A stretch of 64,000 bases of DNA, from the NCBI GenBank assembly GCA_965227775.1, contig OZ245777.1, forward strand, positions 192,001 to 256,000, given 5' to 3'. Position 1 is the first letter of the stretch. Every line of letters starts with the position of its first letter. Below, one piece after another: positions 29,213-39,272 of this stretch. The stretch is from Phycisphaerales bacterium (GTDB lineage: Bacteria; Planctomycetota; Phycisphaerae; Phycisphaerales; UBA1924). The notes beneath the pieces were generated by a model that made no database searches, was not told the DNA's origin, and saw nothing but the letters and a program-made list of their open reading frames with translations. A program made the position numbers and the translations under genes.

Positions 29213-30664
29213 ATGAGGAATCACACGCTGCCCCCTTCGAAGAAGACCAACAAGAAGAAGCCCGCGAGCAACACCTCGAAGCGAGGCACGAGCGGACGAT
29301 CGCCAAAGGGCGCGGGCAAGAAGGCCGAGCGAGACGAGACCATCTTCGATCGCTCGGTCACGTTCGACGATTTCGATCTGGTCGAAGATGTATTGGACGG
29401 AGTGGACGACGAGGGCTTCGTCCACCCGACCATGATCCAGTCGATGCTGATCCCAGTCGCGCTGACGGGCAAGGACGTGCTGGGCCAGGCCAAGACCGGC
29501 ACGGGCAAGACGGCGGCTTTTGGCCTGCCGCTGCTGTCGCTGGTTGATCCTGGCGACAGCTTTGCAGCGCTGGTCCTCGCACCGACTCGTGAGTTGGCGC
29601 TGCAGATTACCAGCGAACTGCAGACGCTGGGCAAGCACAGCGGGCTGAACGTGGTCGCCATTTATGGCGGCGACCCGATCGAAAAGCAGGCGCGCAAGCT
29701 TGCCAAGAAGCCCGAGATCATCGTGGGCACGCCCGGTCGCGTGATGGACATGGAGCGGCGCGGCTACCTCCGGTTCGACAAGATCCAGGTGGCGATCCTC
29801 GACGAGGTCGACCGGATGCTGGACATCGGCTTCCGCGAGGACATCCGTCGCATCATGAGCGCCTGCCCGAAGGATCGGCAGACGATCTTCGTCTCGGCCA
29901 CGCTGACCGAGGAGATCGAGAAGCTGGCTCGCCAGTACATGAACAACCCCGAGAAGCTGGTCGCCTCGGCTGGCTCGCTGACCGTCAGCGTGGTGGAGCA
30001 GCACTACCTGACCGTGCAGCCTTGGGACAAGAAGCGGCTGCTCGTGCACCTGCTGACGCACGAGGAACCCGCGCTGACGGTGGTGTTCTGCCGGCTGAAG
30101 CGCGTTGTTGATGATCTCGAGAAGCTCCTGCGCGATAAAGGCATCGACGCGGTTGCGATCCACGGCGACATGCGGCAAAGCCGTCGCAACAGCGTGATGA
30201 GCCGGCTGCGCACGGGCGAGCTCGGCGTGCTGATCGCAAGCGACCTTGCAAGCCGCGGCATCGACGTCGAGGGCATCAGCCACGTCATCAATTACGATCT
30301 GCCCGAGGACCCGGACCTCTATATCCACCGCATCGGTCGTACCGCCCGCGCGGGGCGCGGCGGCGTGGCGTGGAGCCTCGTGACGCCCGAGCAAGGCAAG
30401 CTGCTGACCGAGATCGAGACGCGGATTAACACCCACATCCCGTACATGGACTATCCCGACTTCAAGCCCGGACCCGAGCCGGCTGCGGTTCGTGAACGGC
30501 GCGAGCAGGACGCGGCCCGCGAGGAACGCTCCAAGCAGCGCACGCTCGAGCGGCAGGGCAAGGTCTTGCCGAAGACGGCCGACGAGAAGAAGTTCCCCGG
30601 CGGCGTGGTTCCGACAAAGCTGCCGCCGAAGCGAATGGGCGGGCGGCTTTCGGGCCGCCGCTAG
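29213..30664 (+). CDS. DEAD-box RNA helicase (DEVD variant)
   Basis: Q motif, AKTGTGKT, PTRELA, TPGR, DEVD, SAT, RGID, HRIGRTARAG. Start is ATG 29213 or CTG 29228. Confidence 0.93.
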   Translation: MRNHTLPPSKKTNKKKPASNTSKRGTSGRSPKGAGKKAERDETIFDRSVTFDDFDLVEDVLDGVDDEGFVHPTMIQSMLIPVALTGKDVLGQAKTGTGKTAAFGLPLLSLVDPGDSFAALVLAPTRELALQITSELQTLGKHSGLNVVAIYGGDPIEKQARKLAKKPEIIVGTPGRVMDMERRGYLRFDKIQVAILDEVDRMLDIGFREDIRRIMSACPKDRQTIFVSATLTEEIEKLARQYMNNPEKLVASAGSLTVSVVEQHYLTVQPWDKKRLLVHLLTHEEPALTVVFCRLKRVVDDLEKLLRDKGIDAVAIHGDMRQSRRNSVMSRLRTGELGVLIASDLASRGIDVEGISHVINYDLPEDPDLYIHRIGRTARAGRGGVAWSLVTPEQGKLLTEIETRINTHIPYMDYPDFKPGPEPAAVRERREQDAAREERSKQRTLERQGKVLPKTADEKKFPGGVVPTKLPPKRMGGRLSGRR

Positions 30665-30682
30665 GCCGGTTGGGCTTGCGGC

Positions 30683-31069
30683 TCAGCTGCCGATCTTGGC
30701 GAGCGCCTTCTCGCGGCTCGCGGTGATCACGAACAGGCGATCGACGCGCGTTGTCTTGAGCACGGCTGCGATTGGCTTGGCCAGATTGCAGAGCGCCAGC
30801 GAGCCGCCCTCGCCGATGCACGCTTCACGCAGTTGCACGAGCATCGAGATACCGGCGCTGGACATGTACTCGACGCGGGCCATGTCGAGCACGACCCTGC
30901 CGCGCGCCTGGATCGCGTCGGGGGTCGATTCAGCGAGCACATCGCCGGCGTCGGTCTCGCTCAGGCTTGGGCCCTTCGGCGAGATGACGAGCACCCCCGA
31001 ATACGACTCGCGGATCGTGTTTGGGCCCTCGGTCGCGGGCGAATCCGGGCTTGTGGCGGGCGTGGGCAT
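30683..31069 (-). CDS. STAS domain anti-sigma factor antagonist
   Basis: VVLDMARVEYMSSAGISMLV, LALCNL, VLKTTRVDRLF; GGAGAG RBS. Confidence 0.9.
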   Translation of the reverse strand: MPTPATSPDSPATEGPNTIRESYSGVLVISPKGPSLSETDAGDVLAESTPDAIQARGRVVLDMARVEYMSSAGISMLVQLREACIGEGGSLALCNLAKPIAAVLKTTRVDRLFVITASREKALAKIGS

Positions 31070-31297
31070 CGGTAGCTCTCCGAATGGTGCTCAAGCGTAT
31101 ACGCACAGGGTCCATCGGCCTTCGGCTGCGAAGCGGCCAGTGCGTTCGCGCCAGGCGCGGCCGAGTGTATCAAAGGGTATGGCTGCTGTCGTTACCGGAC
31201 GTCAGGGATTCTCGCCGCGGCAGGCCAGACCGCTTGACGCACCCCTGGGATCGCACTGGAATCTTGCATCACATCGAGCAAACGAAGGAGGGACCAC

Positions 31298-32674
31298 TTG
31301 ATCAACCTGATGGAATCGCTGCCGACTCGCATGATCGCCGCGGCCGGGATCGCCGCCTCTGCCGGCGCTGCGTTCGCGCAGTGCGAGCCGGCGTGGGATG
31401 TATCGATTGGCAACCCAGGCGTTGATGACGGCTATGTACAACCGCTTTTCGTATGGAACGACGGCGAGGGGGAGGCCCTGTACGCCGGCGGCTCGTTCGG
31501 CAGCATGGGTGGCGTTCCCGGCACGCTGCTGATCGCCGCATGGGACGGAAGCGATTGGAGCGGGCTGGGCAGCCCCGGCCTGAGCACGGGCAGCACCAAC
31601 GGCTTCGTCACGAGCATGGACAACTACGAGGTCGACGGCAGTGACGCGCTCGTCGTTGGCGGCTTCTTTGCCAGCGCGGGCGGGCTGTCCGGCACGCAGT
31701 CGATCGCGGCATGGGACGGCACGCAGTGGCTGTCGATGGGCGCCGATCTGGTCAACCCCGACGCCATCTGGGCGCTCACTTCGGGCGATGCCGGCAACGG
31801 TGATCTGTTGTACGCCGGTGGCTCGTTTACCTCGATTGGCGGCACCACAGCGGGCGGCATCGCCTCGTGGGACGGCGACTCTTGGGCCCCTGTTGGCACC
31901 GGCGCGCCGCTGACGGGCGTTGTCACGCCGAACGTATTTGGCGCGGTCGTCTTCGACGATGGCTCGGGCCCGGCGCTGTATGCTGGCGGGCGATTCGACG
32001 AGATCGATGGCGTGCCGGGGACGACGCTGCTCGGCCGCTTCAAGGACGGCGCGTGGGAGCCGGTCGGCGATGGGCTCGTGCGCAGCTCGGTCACCGGCGA
32101 CGCGGGCCAGCTCGCGGTGTTCGATGACGGCAATGGTCCGGCGCTCTACGTCGGCGGGCGGAGCTTCTTCGCCGCCAGCGCGAGCGGCACGGGCGATGTC
32201 TTCAAGTGGGACGGCAGCGAATGGTCTGTGGTCGGCCAGGACATCAGCGGTATCGTCACTCGGCTGTTCGCGTGGGACGACGGCAGCGGCGAAGCGCTCT
32301 ATATGGCCACCAGCGACTCGTCGCTCGGCCGGGTTGCACGCCTCGAGGGCGACACGTGGGTGACCGTCGATGGTGGCGTGGCTGGCGGGTCAGCGTTTGG
32401 CCTCGGCTCTTGGAGCGGCGACCTGTTCGTGGGCGGTAGCTTCGAGACGGTCAACGGCGAGGTCGCCAGCGGAATCGTGCGCCGCACGGGCTGCGACGGC
32501 GGTTCGTGCTACGCCGACTTCGATGGCGATGGCGAGCTGACGATCTTCGACTTCCTGGCGTACCAGAATGCGTTCGACGCGGGCGATCTCGCGGCCGACT
32601 GCGACGAGGATGGGTCGCTGACCATCTTCGACTTCTTGTGCTTCCAGAACAGCTTCGACGCCGGCTGCCCCTAG
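31298..32674 (+). CDS. Secreted beta-propeller (repeated DDGSGPALYxGG / WDGxxW) with GC-dockerin-like tail, paralog 1
   Basis: GAAGGAGG RBS with TTG start; AAFA|QC; about seven repeats; tail ends DAGCP*. Confidence 0.88.
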   Translation: MINLMESLPTRMIAAAGIAASAGAAFAQCEPAWDVSIGNPGVDDGYVQPLFVWNDGEGEALYAGGSFGSMGGVPGTLLIAAWDGSDWSGLGSPGLSTGSTNGFVTSMDNYEVDGSDALVVGGFFASAGGLSGTQSIAAWDGTQWLSMGADLVNPDAIWALTSGDAGNGDLLYAGGSFTSIGGTTAGGIASWDGDSWAPVGTGAPLTGVVTPNVFGAVVFDDGSGPALYAGGRFDEIDGVPGTTLLGRFKDGAWEPVGDGLVRSSVTGDAGQLAVFDDGNGPALYVGGRSFFAASASGTGDVFKWDGSEWSVVGQDISGIVTRLFAWDDGSGEALYMATSDSSLGRVARLEGDTWVTVDGGVAGGSAFGLGSWSGDLFVGGSFETVNGEVASGIVRRTGCDGGSCYADFDGDGELTIFDFLAYQNAFDAGDLAADCDEDGSLTIFDFLCFQNSFDAGCP

Positions 32675-32718
32675 GGCACGCCCGAATAACTGGCATCGAG
32701 TACGCAGACACACTGATT

Positions 32719-32747
32719 CCCCCTCGCTTGCTTGGCGGGCGAGGGGG
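32719..32747 (+). promoter_or_regulatory. GC-rich hairpin between the tandem paralogs (weak terminator or mRNA stabiliser)
   Basis: CCCCCTCGCTTGC-TTG-GCGGGCGAGGGGG (two G-U pairs) with only a short T tail. Confidence 0.55.
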
Positions 32748-32800
32748 TTCTGCTGTTATGATGTCGCAAGAGAGCGAACACCATTACGGAGGAGTGCAAG

Positions 32801-34198
32801 ATGAAGGTGAAGACGACCATCGGAGTAATCCTGGCCGCCGGCGTCGCGACGAGCGCGTTCGGCCAGTGCGAGCCGGCGTGGGATGGACAGCTCGGCAACC
32901 CGGGCGTTGATCGCGGCTACGTCCAGCCCATGATGAACTGGGACGACGGCAGCGGCGAGAAGCTGTATGTCGGTGGTTCGTTCGGTGGCATCATCGGTGC
33001 GCCTGGTAGCACGATCCTCGCGTCGTGGGATCGCGACACGAACACGTGGTCGCGCGTTGGCACGCCCGGGCTGAGCACCGGCAGCACCAATGGCTTCCTG
33101 ACCAACATCATGCCGTTCGATGTGTTTGGCGAGGAGCGTCTGGTTGTCGCCGGGTTTTTCGCGAGTGCGGGCGCCGTGGCCGACACGCGTTCGATCGCCG
33201 CGTGGAACGGCGACGAGTGGATTTCCATGGGCGCTGGCCTGCCTGCGCCGCAGAGCATCTGGGCAATGATCAAGGCTGACATCGGCGATGGTGAGAACCT
33301 CATCATCGGCGGCGCGTGGCCCGAGATCGGCGGCCAGTTCGGTGCCGATCTGGCGCAGTGGGATGGCGAGGAGTGGCTGCCGGTGGGCGACGGTCTGGGC
33401 ATTACCGGCTCGTTCAGCCCCACCGTGTTTGCGCTCGAGATGTTCGACGACGGGTCGGGCCCGGCCCTGTATGCCGGCGGCCGCTTCGACAGCATCGGCG
33501 GAGGCGCGGGCACGAGCCTGCTCGGCCGATTCAACGGCACGTCCTGGGAAGCGGTTGGTCCGGGATTGCTCCCTGGAGGAGTCACCTCCCAGGTTGCGGC
33601 CATGACCGTATTCGATGATGGCACCGGTCCGGCGCTGTACGTGGGCATGGGCAGCGGTGTGCGTATCTCCGGCGTGCCCTTCGCCAGCGTGTACAAGTGG
33701 GACGGCGTCGAGTGGTCGGCGGTCGGCCAGGAGTTCGGTGGCCGCGTGACGGACTTCCAGGTCTGGGACGACGGCAGCGGCCCTGCCCTGTATGTCGCGG
33801 GCACCGCCGTTCCGCCTATCGAGTACCTCGCGAAGCTCGTGGACGACGAGTGGGTGCCCGTCGACGGCGGCATCGCCAGCCAGCCGGCGACGAGCGGCTC
33901 GTTTGCGAGCGTGTTCGGCCTGCACGTGTGGGACAACGATCTCTACGTAGGTGGAAACTTCACGCTGGTCGGTGATCCGGCGATCGAAGTGCGTGGACTC
34001 GTCCGTCGCACGGGATGCGCCGACGCTGGTTGCTTTGCCGACTTCAACGGCGACGGCGCGCTGGACATCTTCGACTTCCTGGCGTTCCAGAACGCGTTCG
34101 ACGCGGGCGACCTGGCGGCCGACTGCACCGAGGACGGCTCGCTTGATATCTTCGATTTCCTGTGCTTCCAAAACGCGTTCGACGCGGGCTGCGATTGA
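32801..34198 (+). CDS. Secreted beta-propeller with GC-dockerin-like tail, paralog 2
   Basis: GGAGGAG RBS; SAFG|QCEPAWD shared with paralog 1; PGLSTGSTNGF identical; tail ends DAGCD*. Confidence 0.9.
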   Translation: MKVKTTIGVILAAGVATSAFGQCEPAWDGQLGNPGVDRGYVQPMMNWDDGSGEKLYVGGSFGGIIGAPGSTILASWDRDTNTWSRVGTPGLSTGSTNGFLTNIMPFDVFGEERLVVAGFFASAGAVADTRSIAAWNGDEWISMGAGLPAPQSIWAMIKADIGDGENLIIGGAWPEIGGQFGADLAQWDGEEWLPVGDGLGITGSFSPTVFALEMFDDGSGPALYAGGRFDSIGGGAGTSLLGRFNGTSWEAVGPGLLPGGVTSQVAAMTVFDDGTGPALYVGMGSGVRISGVPFASVYKWDGVEWSAVGQEFGGRVTDFQVWDDGSGPALYVAGTAVPPIEYLAKLVDDEWVPVDGGIASQPATSGSFASVFGLHVWDNDLYVGGNFTLVGDPAIEVRGLVRRTGCADAGCFADFNGDGALDIFDFLAFQNAFDAGDLAADCTEDGSLDIFDFLCFQNAFDAGCD

Positions 34199-34213
34199 TC
34201 GGCGTCGATCTCG

Positions 34214-34972
34214 CTAACGCTGGTCGAACTGCTTGAGCTTCAGGCGGGTGCGGTGGTGCTCGGGCGCCACCGTGCCGCCTGCGGTCTGGCCCTTCATGTA
34301 GTCCTTCTGCCAGGTGTCCTGCCCGCCCTGGTGGCGGGTGATGGCCTGCTGGCGGCTGGCGGCCCAGCTCAAGTATGCCTTCTGCGTAACCGGCTCTTTC
34401 TCGATGTTGGTCGCTCCCGGCTCGGTCCACTCGAGCAGCGCGAGCGGGTAGGGCATGATCATGCAGATTGGCTCGCCCTTGCGGAACCAGACGTCGGTGC
34501 CGCGCTTCATGACCTTCCAGTTCATCGTGAAGGTGCTGGGCGACCAATCGGTCTCGACCAATCCGTCGAGCGGGACGGCGTAGTCCTTGGGGTAGTTGGT
34601 CGCGCCGCGGACAAAGAGGCCGATCTTCGGCGGCGTACGGAAGAGCCAGGGCAGGCGGAACGTGACGATGCCGCTGCCGAAGTGGCTCACGATGAATTGG
34701 TCGATGCCCTTGGGCCCGTCGTGGACCTTGATGGTCAGTGCATCGGGCATGTCCTTTCCGTTCCACTTCATCGAGACGGTGGCCGGGCACGGGATGACCC
34801 AGCCACTCTGGTTTGCCATTGCCAAGGGCAGGCAGCGGTACGCCCCCTTGCCTGGAGTCTTGTCCATCCACTCGCGGGTGGGGCCGGCGGGCTCGATGCT
34901 CCAGCCGGTGGCGTCGCTGACGATGTAGGCCGTCAGGGGGCAGGGGCCGTCGATGGTGATGGACTCGGGCAT
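34214..34972 (-). CDS. DUF6065 family protein
   Basis: REWMD...AYRCLPLAMANQSGW, SHFGSGIVTF, PLDGLVETDWSPSTFTMNWK; GAGGAG RBS. Confidence 0.8.
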   Translation of the reverse strand: MPESITIDGPCPLTAYIVSDATGWSIEPAGPTREWMDKTPGKGAYRCLPLAMANQSGWVIPCPATVSMKWNGKDMPDALTIKVHDGPKGIDQFIVSHFGSGIVTFRLPWLFRTPPKIGLFVRGATNYPKDYAVPLDGLVETDWSPSTFTMNWKVMKRGTDVWFRKGEPICMIMPYPLALLEWTEPGATNIEKEPVTQKAYLSWAASRQQAITRHQGGQDTWQKDYMKGQTAGGTVAPEHHRTRLKLKQFDQR

Positions 34973-35050
34973 GGTGTCTCGCTCCTCGGGTGCTGCCGAG
35001 CAGCATATGGGGCTGGAGGCGTGGCAACGAAAACTTCACACAGATCATGA

Positions 35051-35076
35051 CCCGAACACTTGACGGCTTGTTCGGG
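35051..35076. promoter_or_regulatory. Palindromic candidate repressor operator over the recA -35 element
   Basis: CCCGAACA-N10-TGTTCGGG perfect inverted repeat. Confidence 0.6.
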
Positions 35077-35088
35077 CTCTGGTACACT
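35060..35088 (+). promoter_or_regulatory. sigma70-type promoter of recA
   Basis: TTGACG-17 bp-TACACT, with an extended -10 TG. Confidence 0.8.
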
Positions 35089-35249
35089 CGGCCGGCCGGG
35101 CACGCGACCAGCGCCGCCCCCGGCCTCCGACGCCCTTCGGTCACGGTGGACCGGGCCCGGGCCACGAGCGCTGCAGCGGTGTGACGCCCGGCTGGAGAAC
35201 GAGATTCTCCCGCAGGCCACGGCACGCCGAAGACATCTGGAGGTGCCCC

Positions 35250-36434
<1,185 letters not shown>

Positions 36435-36528
36435 GGCCGAAGACCGTTTGCGGTCCGTCCGAGCGTGGCCAGCGGTTGCTCCGAGGCGGGGACGTGGGCT
36501 ACACTCCCCACCGCCTTCTGGCGCCACC

Positions 36529-36614
36529 GCGGATGTGGCGGAATTGGCAGACGCGCTAGGTTCAGGTCCTAGTGGGAGTAAAATCCCGTGGAGGTTCGAC
36601 TCCTCTCATCCGCA
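36529..36614 (+). tRNA. tRNA-Leu(CAG), CCA not encoded
   Basis: Acceptor GCGGATG/CATCCGC, D-arm GGAATTGGCAGAC, anticodon arm CTAGG-TTCAGGT-CCTAG, long variable arm, GGTTCGACTCC. Confidence 0.96.
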
Positions 36615-36621
36615 CTCTGAA

Positions 36622-36647
36622 GCCCCGGGCAGTGCCCGGGGTTTTTT
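36622..36647 (+). terminator. Intrinsic terminator after tRNA-Leu(CAG)
   Basis: GCCCCGGGC-AGT-GCCCGGGGT followed by a T run. Confidence 0.85.
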
Positions 36648-37980
36648 ACTTGCTGCCGTTCGTTTCCACCACGCCTAGGTGCGTGCGAAAGAACTCGATC
36701 ATCGCTGGGAAGGCCTCTCGCCTAACGGCGGCGTCGTGGCGGTCGAGCGGCGTAAAGGCATGGCCCGAGAGACCGTGGCCGGCGTTGCGATCGACGATCA
36801 GCAGCGTGTCGAGTCCGGCTGCGTCGCGACGTTCCTTGATGTTGCGGACCATGTCGCCCGAGTCCCAGGTGGTGTCGGCGTCGCCGCCGATGAGCATGAC
36901 GGGCTCGTCGATGAGCTCGACCTCGATGCGCGCCTCGGCAACGCGATCGGGGTTGGCCAACCGGCCAGCGTCGTGTGCGAGGCGGATCTTGACGGGCTGG
37001 TCGCGCTCGCCCTTGGCAAACTCGGCACCCATGCCCAAGTAGGGCACAAACGGCAGCGGCTCGCCTTCCCAGCTGAAGCTGCTGGGAGACGGTTGGCCGC
37101 GCCCGAGGCCCCAACCCTCCCAGATGACGTCGCTGGGCACGTAGGCGACGATCGCAGAAAAGCCCTCGATGCGGCTGGCGCCCGCGAGCGCAAACTCGCC
37201 GCCCTTCGACACGCCCCACACCCCGATGTGTTCACCGTCGAGATCGTCGCGTGCTCGGATCCAATCGCGTGCATCACGGAGGGGTTCGAGCGGGAGGTTT
37301 GCAAACGCACGGGGCAGGTCGGGGAACTGCTGCGCCTGATCACCCCATGCTGGCGAGTAGTACGGCAGGCCAAACACGGCGAAACCGCGCGACGCGAGCT
37401 GCCGGCCGACGCTGCGAGCGGCACCGTCGTTGCCTTCCGAGCCGCCGAGGGCAATGACGACGGGCAGGCGTTCGTCGCCGGGCGGTCGCAGCAAAAACGC
37501 GCCGGGCAGCGAGTCGCCGACTCGCGTTTCGACGAGGTCGTCCCGGCCGCGAAGGAGTTCGACCTCACCCGTGGCGTCGGGCTGGCCGTCTGCGTCGGCG
37601 TCTACCGAGAACGTGATGAGCCCCCATGGGCGGGTCGCCGTTGGTGGCTCTGCTTGAGTCGCCGAGGATTGCATCGACCAGAACAGGCCGGTCGGGTCGG
37701 CACCGGACCAGCGAGCCGCAATGGGCGCGTCGTTCATGGGATCGATGCGTCCCTGCTCATTGGCGCGGAATGCGGCGAAGCTGTCGTACCAGGTTTGGGA
37801 ACGGCTACTGAATCGCTTCGCGCTGATGATCGCCAGCGCGTTCGGCTCGAGGCCGCGAACGTCGAGCGACACGGGATCCCCGGCGAGTACCTTCTCGCGC
37901 TCAACAACGACCTCGGGCTGTGCAACGGCGTTCGTCGCCAGCGCCATGGCCAGGGACATGAGGAGCGTCGTCTTGATCAT
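36646..37980 (-). CDS. Secreted BAAT/acyl-CoA thioesterase-family alpha/beta hydrolase
   Basis: GGAGGAG RBS; signal NAVA|Q; PTGLFWSM, LGGSEG, GVSKGGE nucleophile elbow, GDADTTW, AGH. Confidence 0.85.
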   Translation of the reverse strand: MIKTTLLMSLAMALATNAVAQPEVVVEREKVLAGDPVSLDVRGLEPNALAIISAKRFSSRSQTWYDSFAAFRANEQGRIDPMNDAPIAARWSGADPTGLFWSMQSSATQAEPPTATRPWGLITFSVDADADGQPDATGEVELLRGRDDLVETRVGDSLPGAFLLRPPGDERLPVVIALGGSEGNDGAARSVGRQLASRGFAVFGLPYYSPAWGDQAQQFPDLPRAFANLPLEPLRDARDWIRARDDLDGEHIGVWGVSKGGEFALAGASRIEGFSAIVAYVPSDVIWEGWGLGRGQPSPSSFSWEGEPLPFVPYLGMGAEFAKGERDQPVKIRLAHDAGRLANPDRVAEARIEVELIDEPVMLIGGDADTTWDSGDMVRNIKERRDAAGLDTLLIVDRNAGHGLSGHAFTPLDRHDAAVRREAFPAMIEFFRTHLGVVETNGSK

Positions 37981-38474
37981 GCTCGCGTCTCCTCCTGCAT
38001 CGATCCAACGCGTTGGGCCTGCCACACGGCACCGCACTCGGGACAACGGAACGCCCGCTCGAACGTCTCGATGCGCTCGGCGTGCAGGCCAGTCAGATCG
38101 TACAGGCAACCTGGGCATTCCCCACGCTTGAGACGCTTGGGGATCTGGACCGAGGGCCTCCGGCGTCGCAGAAAGTCGATGACAAAACATCCAAACAGCG
38201 GGAGGTACAGGAAGGAGAAGACGACACCCAAGATATCGCGAGCCGCTGTACCAGACGGGACCGCGTACTGCCACGTCAGAGCGCTGACGCCCATGACCGA
38301 GAGGATGATAGCGACCCGGAAAACCTGATCCTGGACCGACACGGGCACAGGCTTGCGTCCCTTTGCTCGCCGGCGTTCTTCGTTGTACGACAGGATCACC
38401 CGCGGGATGCGATGGCCCAGATCATCAACCCACCCGTTCGGTGCATTCTGGGCTGGGTTGATCGCGGAGTCCAA
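37977..38474 (-). CDS. Small membrane protein with C-terminal zinc-ribbon-like motif
   Basis: Two TM helices then CPGCLYDLTGL...CPECG; stop overlaps the downstream ATG. Start uncertain. Confidence 0.7.
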   Translation of the reverse strand: MDSAINPAQNAPNGWVDDLGHRIPRVILSYNEERRRAKGRKPVPVSVQDQVFRVAIILSVMGVSALTWQYAVPSGTAARDILGVVFSFLYLPLFGCFVIDFLRRRRPSVQIPKRLKRGECPGCLYDLTGLHAERIETFERAFRCPECGAVWQAQRVGSMQEETRA

Positions 38475-38475
38475 A

Positions 38476-38559
38476 TGCCGGAGGGGGGACTCGAACCCCC
38501 ACTGGTTTTACCCAAGCGGATTTTGAATCCGCCGCGTCTGCCAATTCCGCCACTCCGGC
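38476..38559 (-). tRNA. tRNA-Leu(CAA), CCA not encoded
   Basis: Minus strand GCCGGAG...GCGGA-TTCAAAA-TCCGC...GGTTCGAGTCCCCCCTCCGGCA; TATGAT -10 element just upstream. Confidence 0.96.
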
Positions 38560-38570
38560 TGCGGCGGTCA

Positions 38571-39272
38571 TCATACGCCTGGCGATCTCCTGGCTCTGGC
38601 CCACAGAACTGCCCCAGCGGCGACGAACGCGACAGCAACAAGTGCCAGCCAGATGGTCGGCACGGCAGACGGTGGTGCGCTGGACGCCGGCGATTGCGTT
38701 GCGACGGGCATCAGGGGCTGGCTGACCGTGGAGACGTCCATCCCTGCGGAGACTTCCGCGACGGGGACGGTCATGTACTGCTCCTCGGCGTCGGGCAGTT
38801 TGAAGACGACGAAGACCTCGTCGAGGACGTGGGGCGAACGCACGCACAGCTCGGCGGTGCCGTCGGGGATGCGTGCCTCGAGCACGAACGGCATCGCGAT
38901 GGGCAACCGCCACGATGGGTTATCCAGTTTCCATTGCTGCACATGCTCGAGGGCAGGTGCGTGCACGAGCTGGTAGTCGATGCGATCGCCGTCCGCGAGC
39001 AGCCAGAACCCCGACTCGAATCGCTCGCGGGCGTCGGTGAGGGCGGCCGCGATCGCGTCATCGGGGCCTTCAAGCAGCTCGTACATCTGCCAGTCCAACA
39101 CCTCGGCCGAGGTCGAATTGAGCGCGTACGCCGGGACGTCGTGGATGACACGGATCTCGATCGACCCGCCCTCATTGCCACGCGACGCATCGATGATGAC
39201 GTACGTCTGGAGCGCTGGATGCGCGCATGCGCACGAACCCGCGAGCAGCAACATGGCGCACGAGCGGGTCAT
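38571..39272 (-). CDS. Exported protein with C-terminal membrane anchor, function unknown
   Basis: Signal ...ACA|HPA; Ser/Pro/Ala linker, TM helix and RARR tail; ATGA overlap with the GH38 stop. Confidence 0.75.
   Translation of the reverse strand: MTRSCAMLLLAGSCACAHPALQTYVIIDASRGNEGGSIEIRVIHDVPAYALNSTSAEVLDWQMYELLEGPDDAIAAALTDARERFESGFWLLADGDRIDYQLVHAPALEHVQQWKLDNPSWRLPIAMPFVLEARIPDGTAELCVRSPHVLDEVFVVFKLPDAEEQYMTVPVAEVSAGMDVSTVSQPLMPVATQSPASSAPPSAVPTIWLALVAVAFVAAGAVLWARARRSPGV

Noticed and set aside
28871..30664. Programmed frameshift fusing the H1-like ORF to the DEAD-box helicase
   Set aside because: The helicase frame is open across the small ORF, but that is expected of AAG/ACC repeats. 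There is no canonical slippery heptamer, and each ORF has its own SD-like site.
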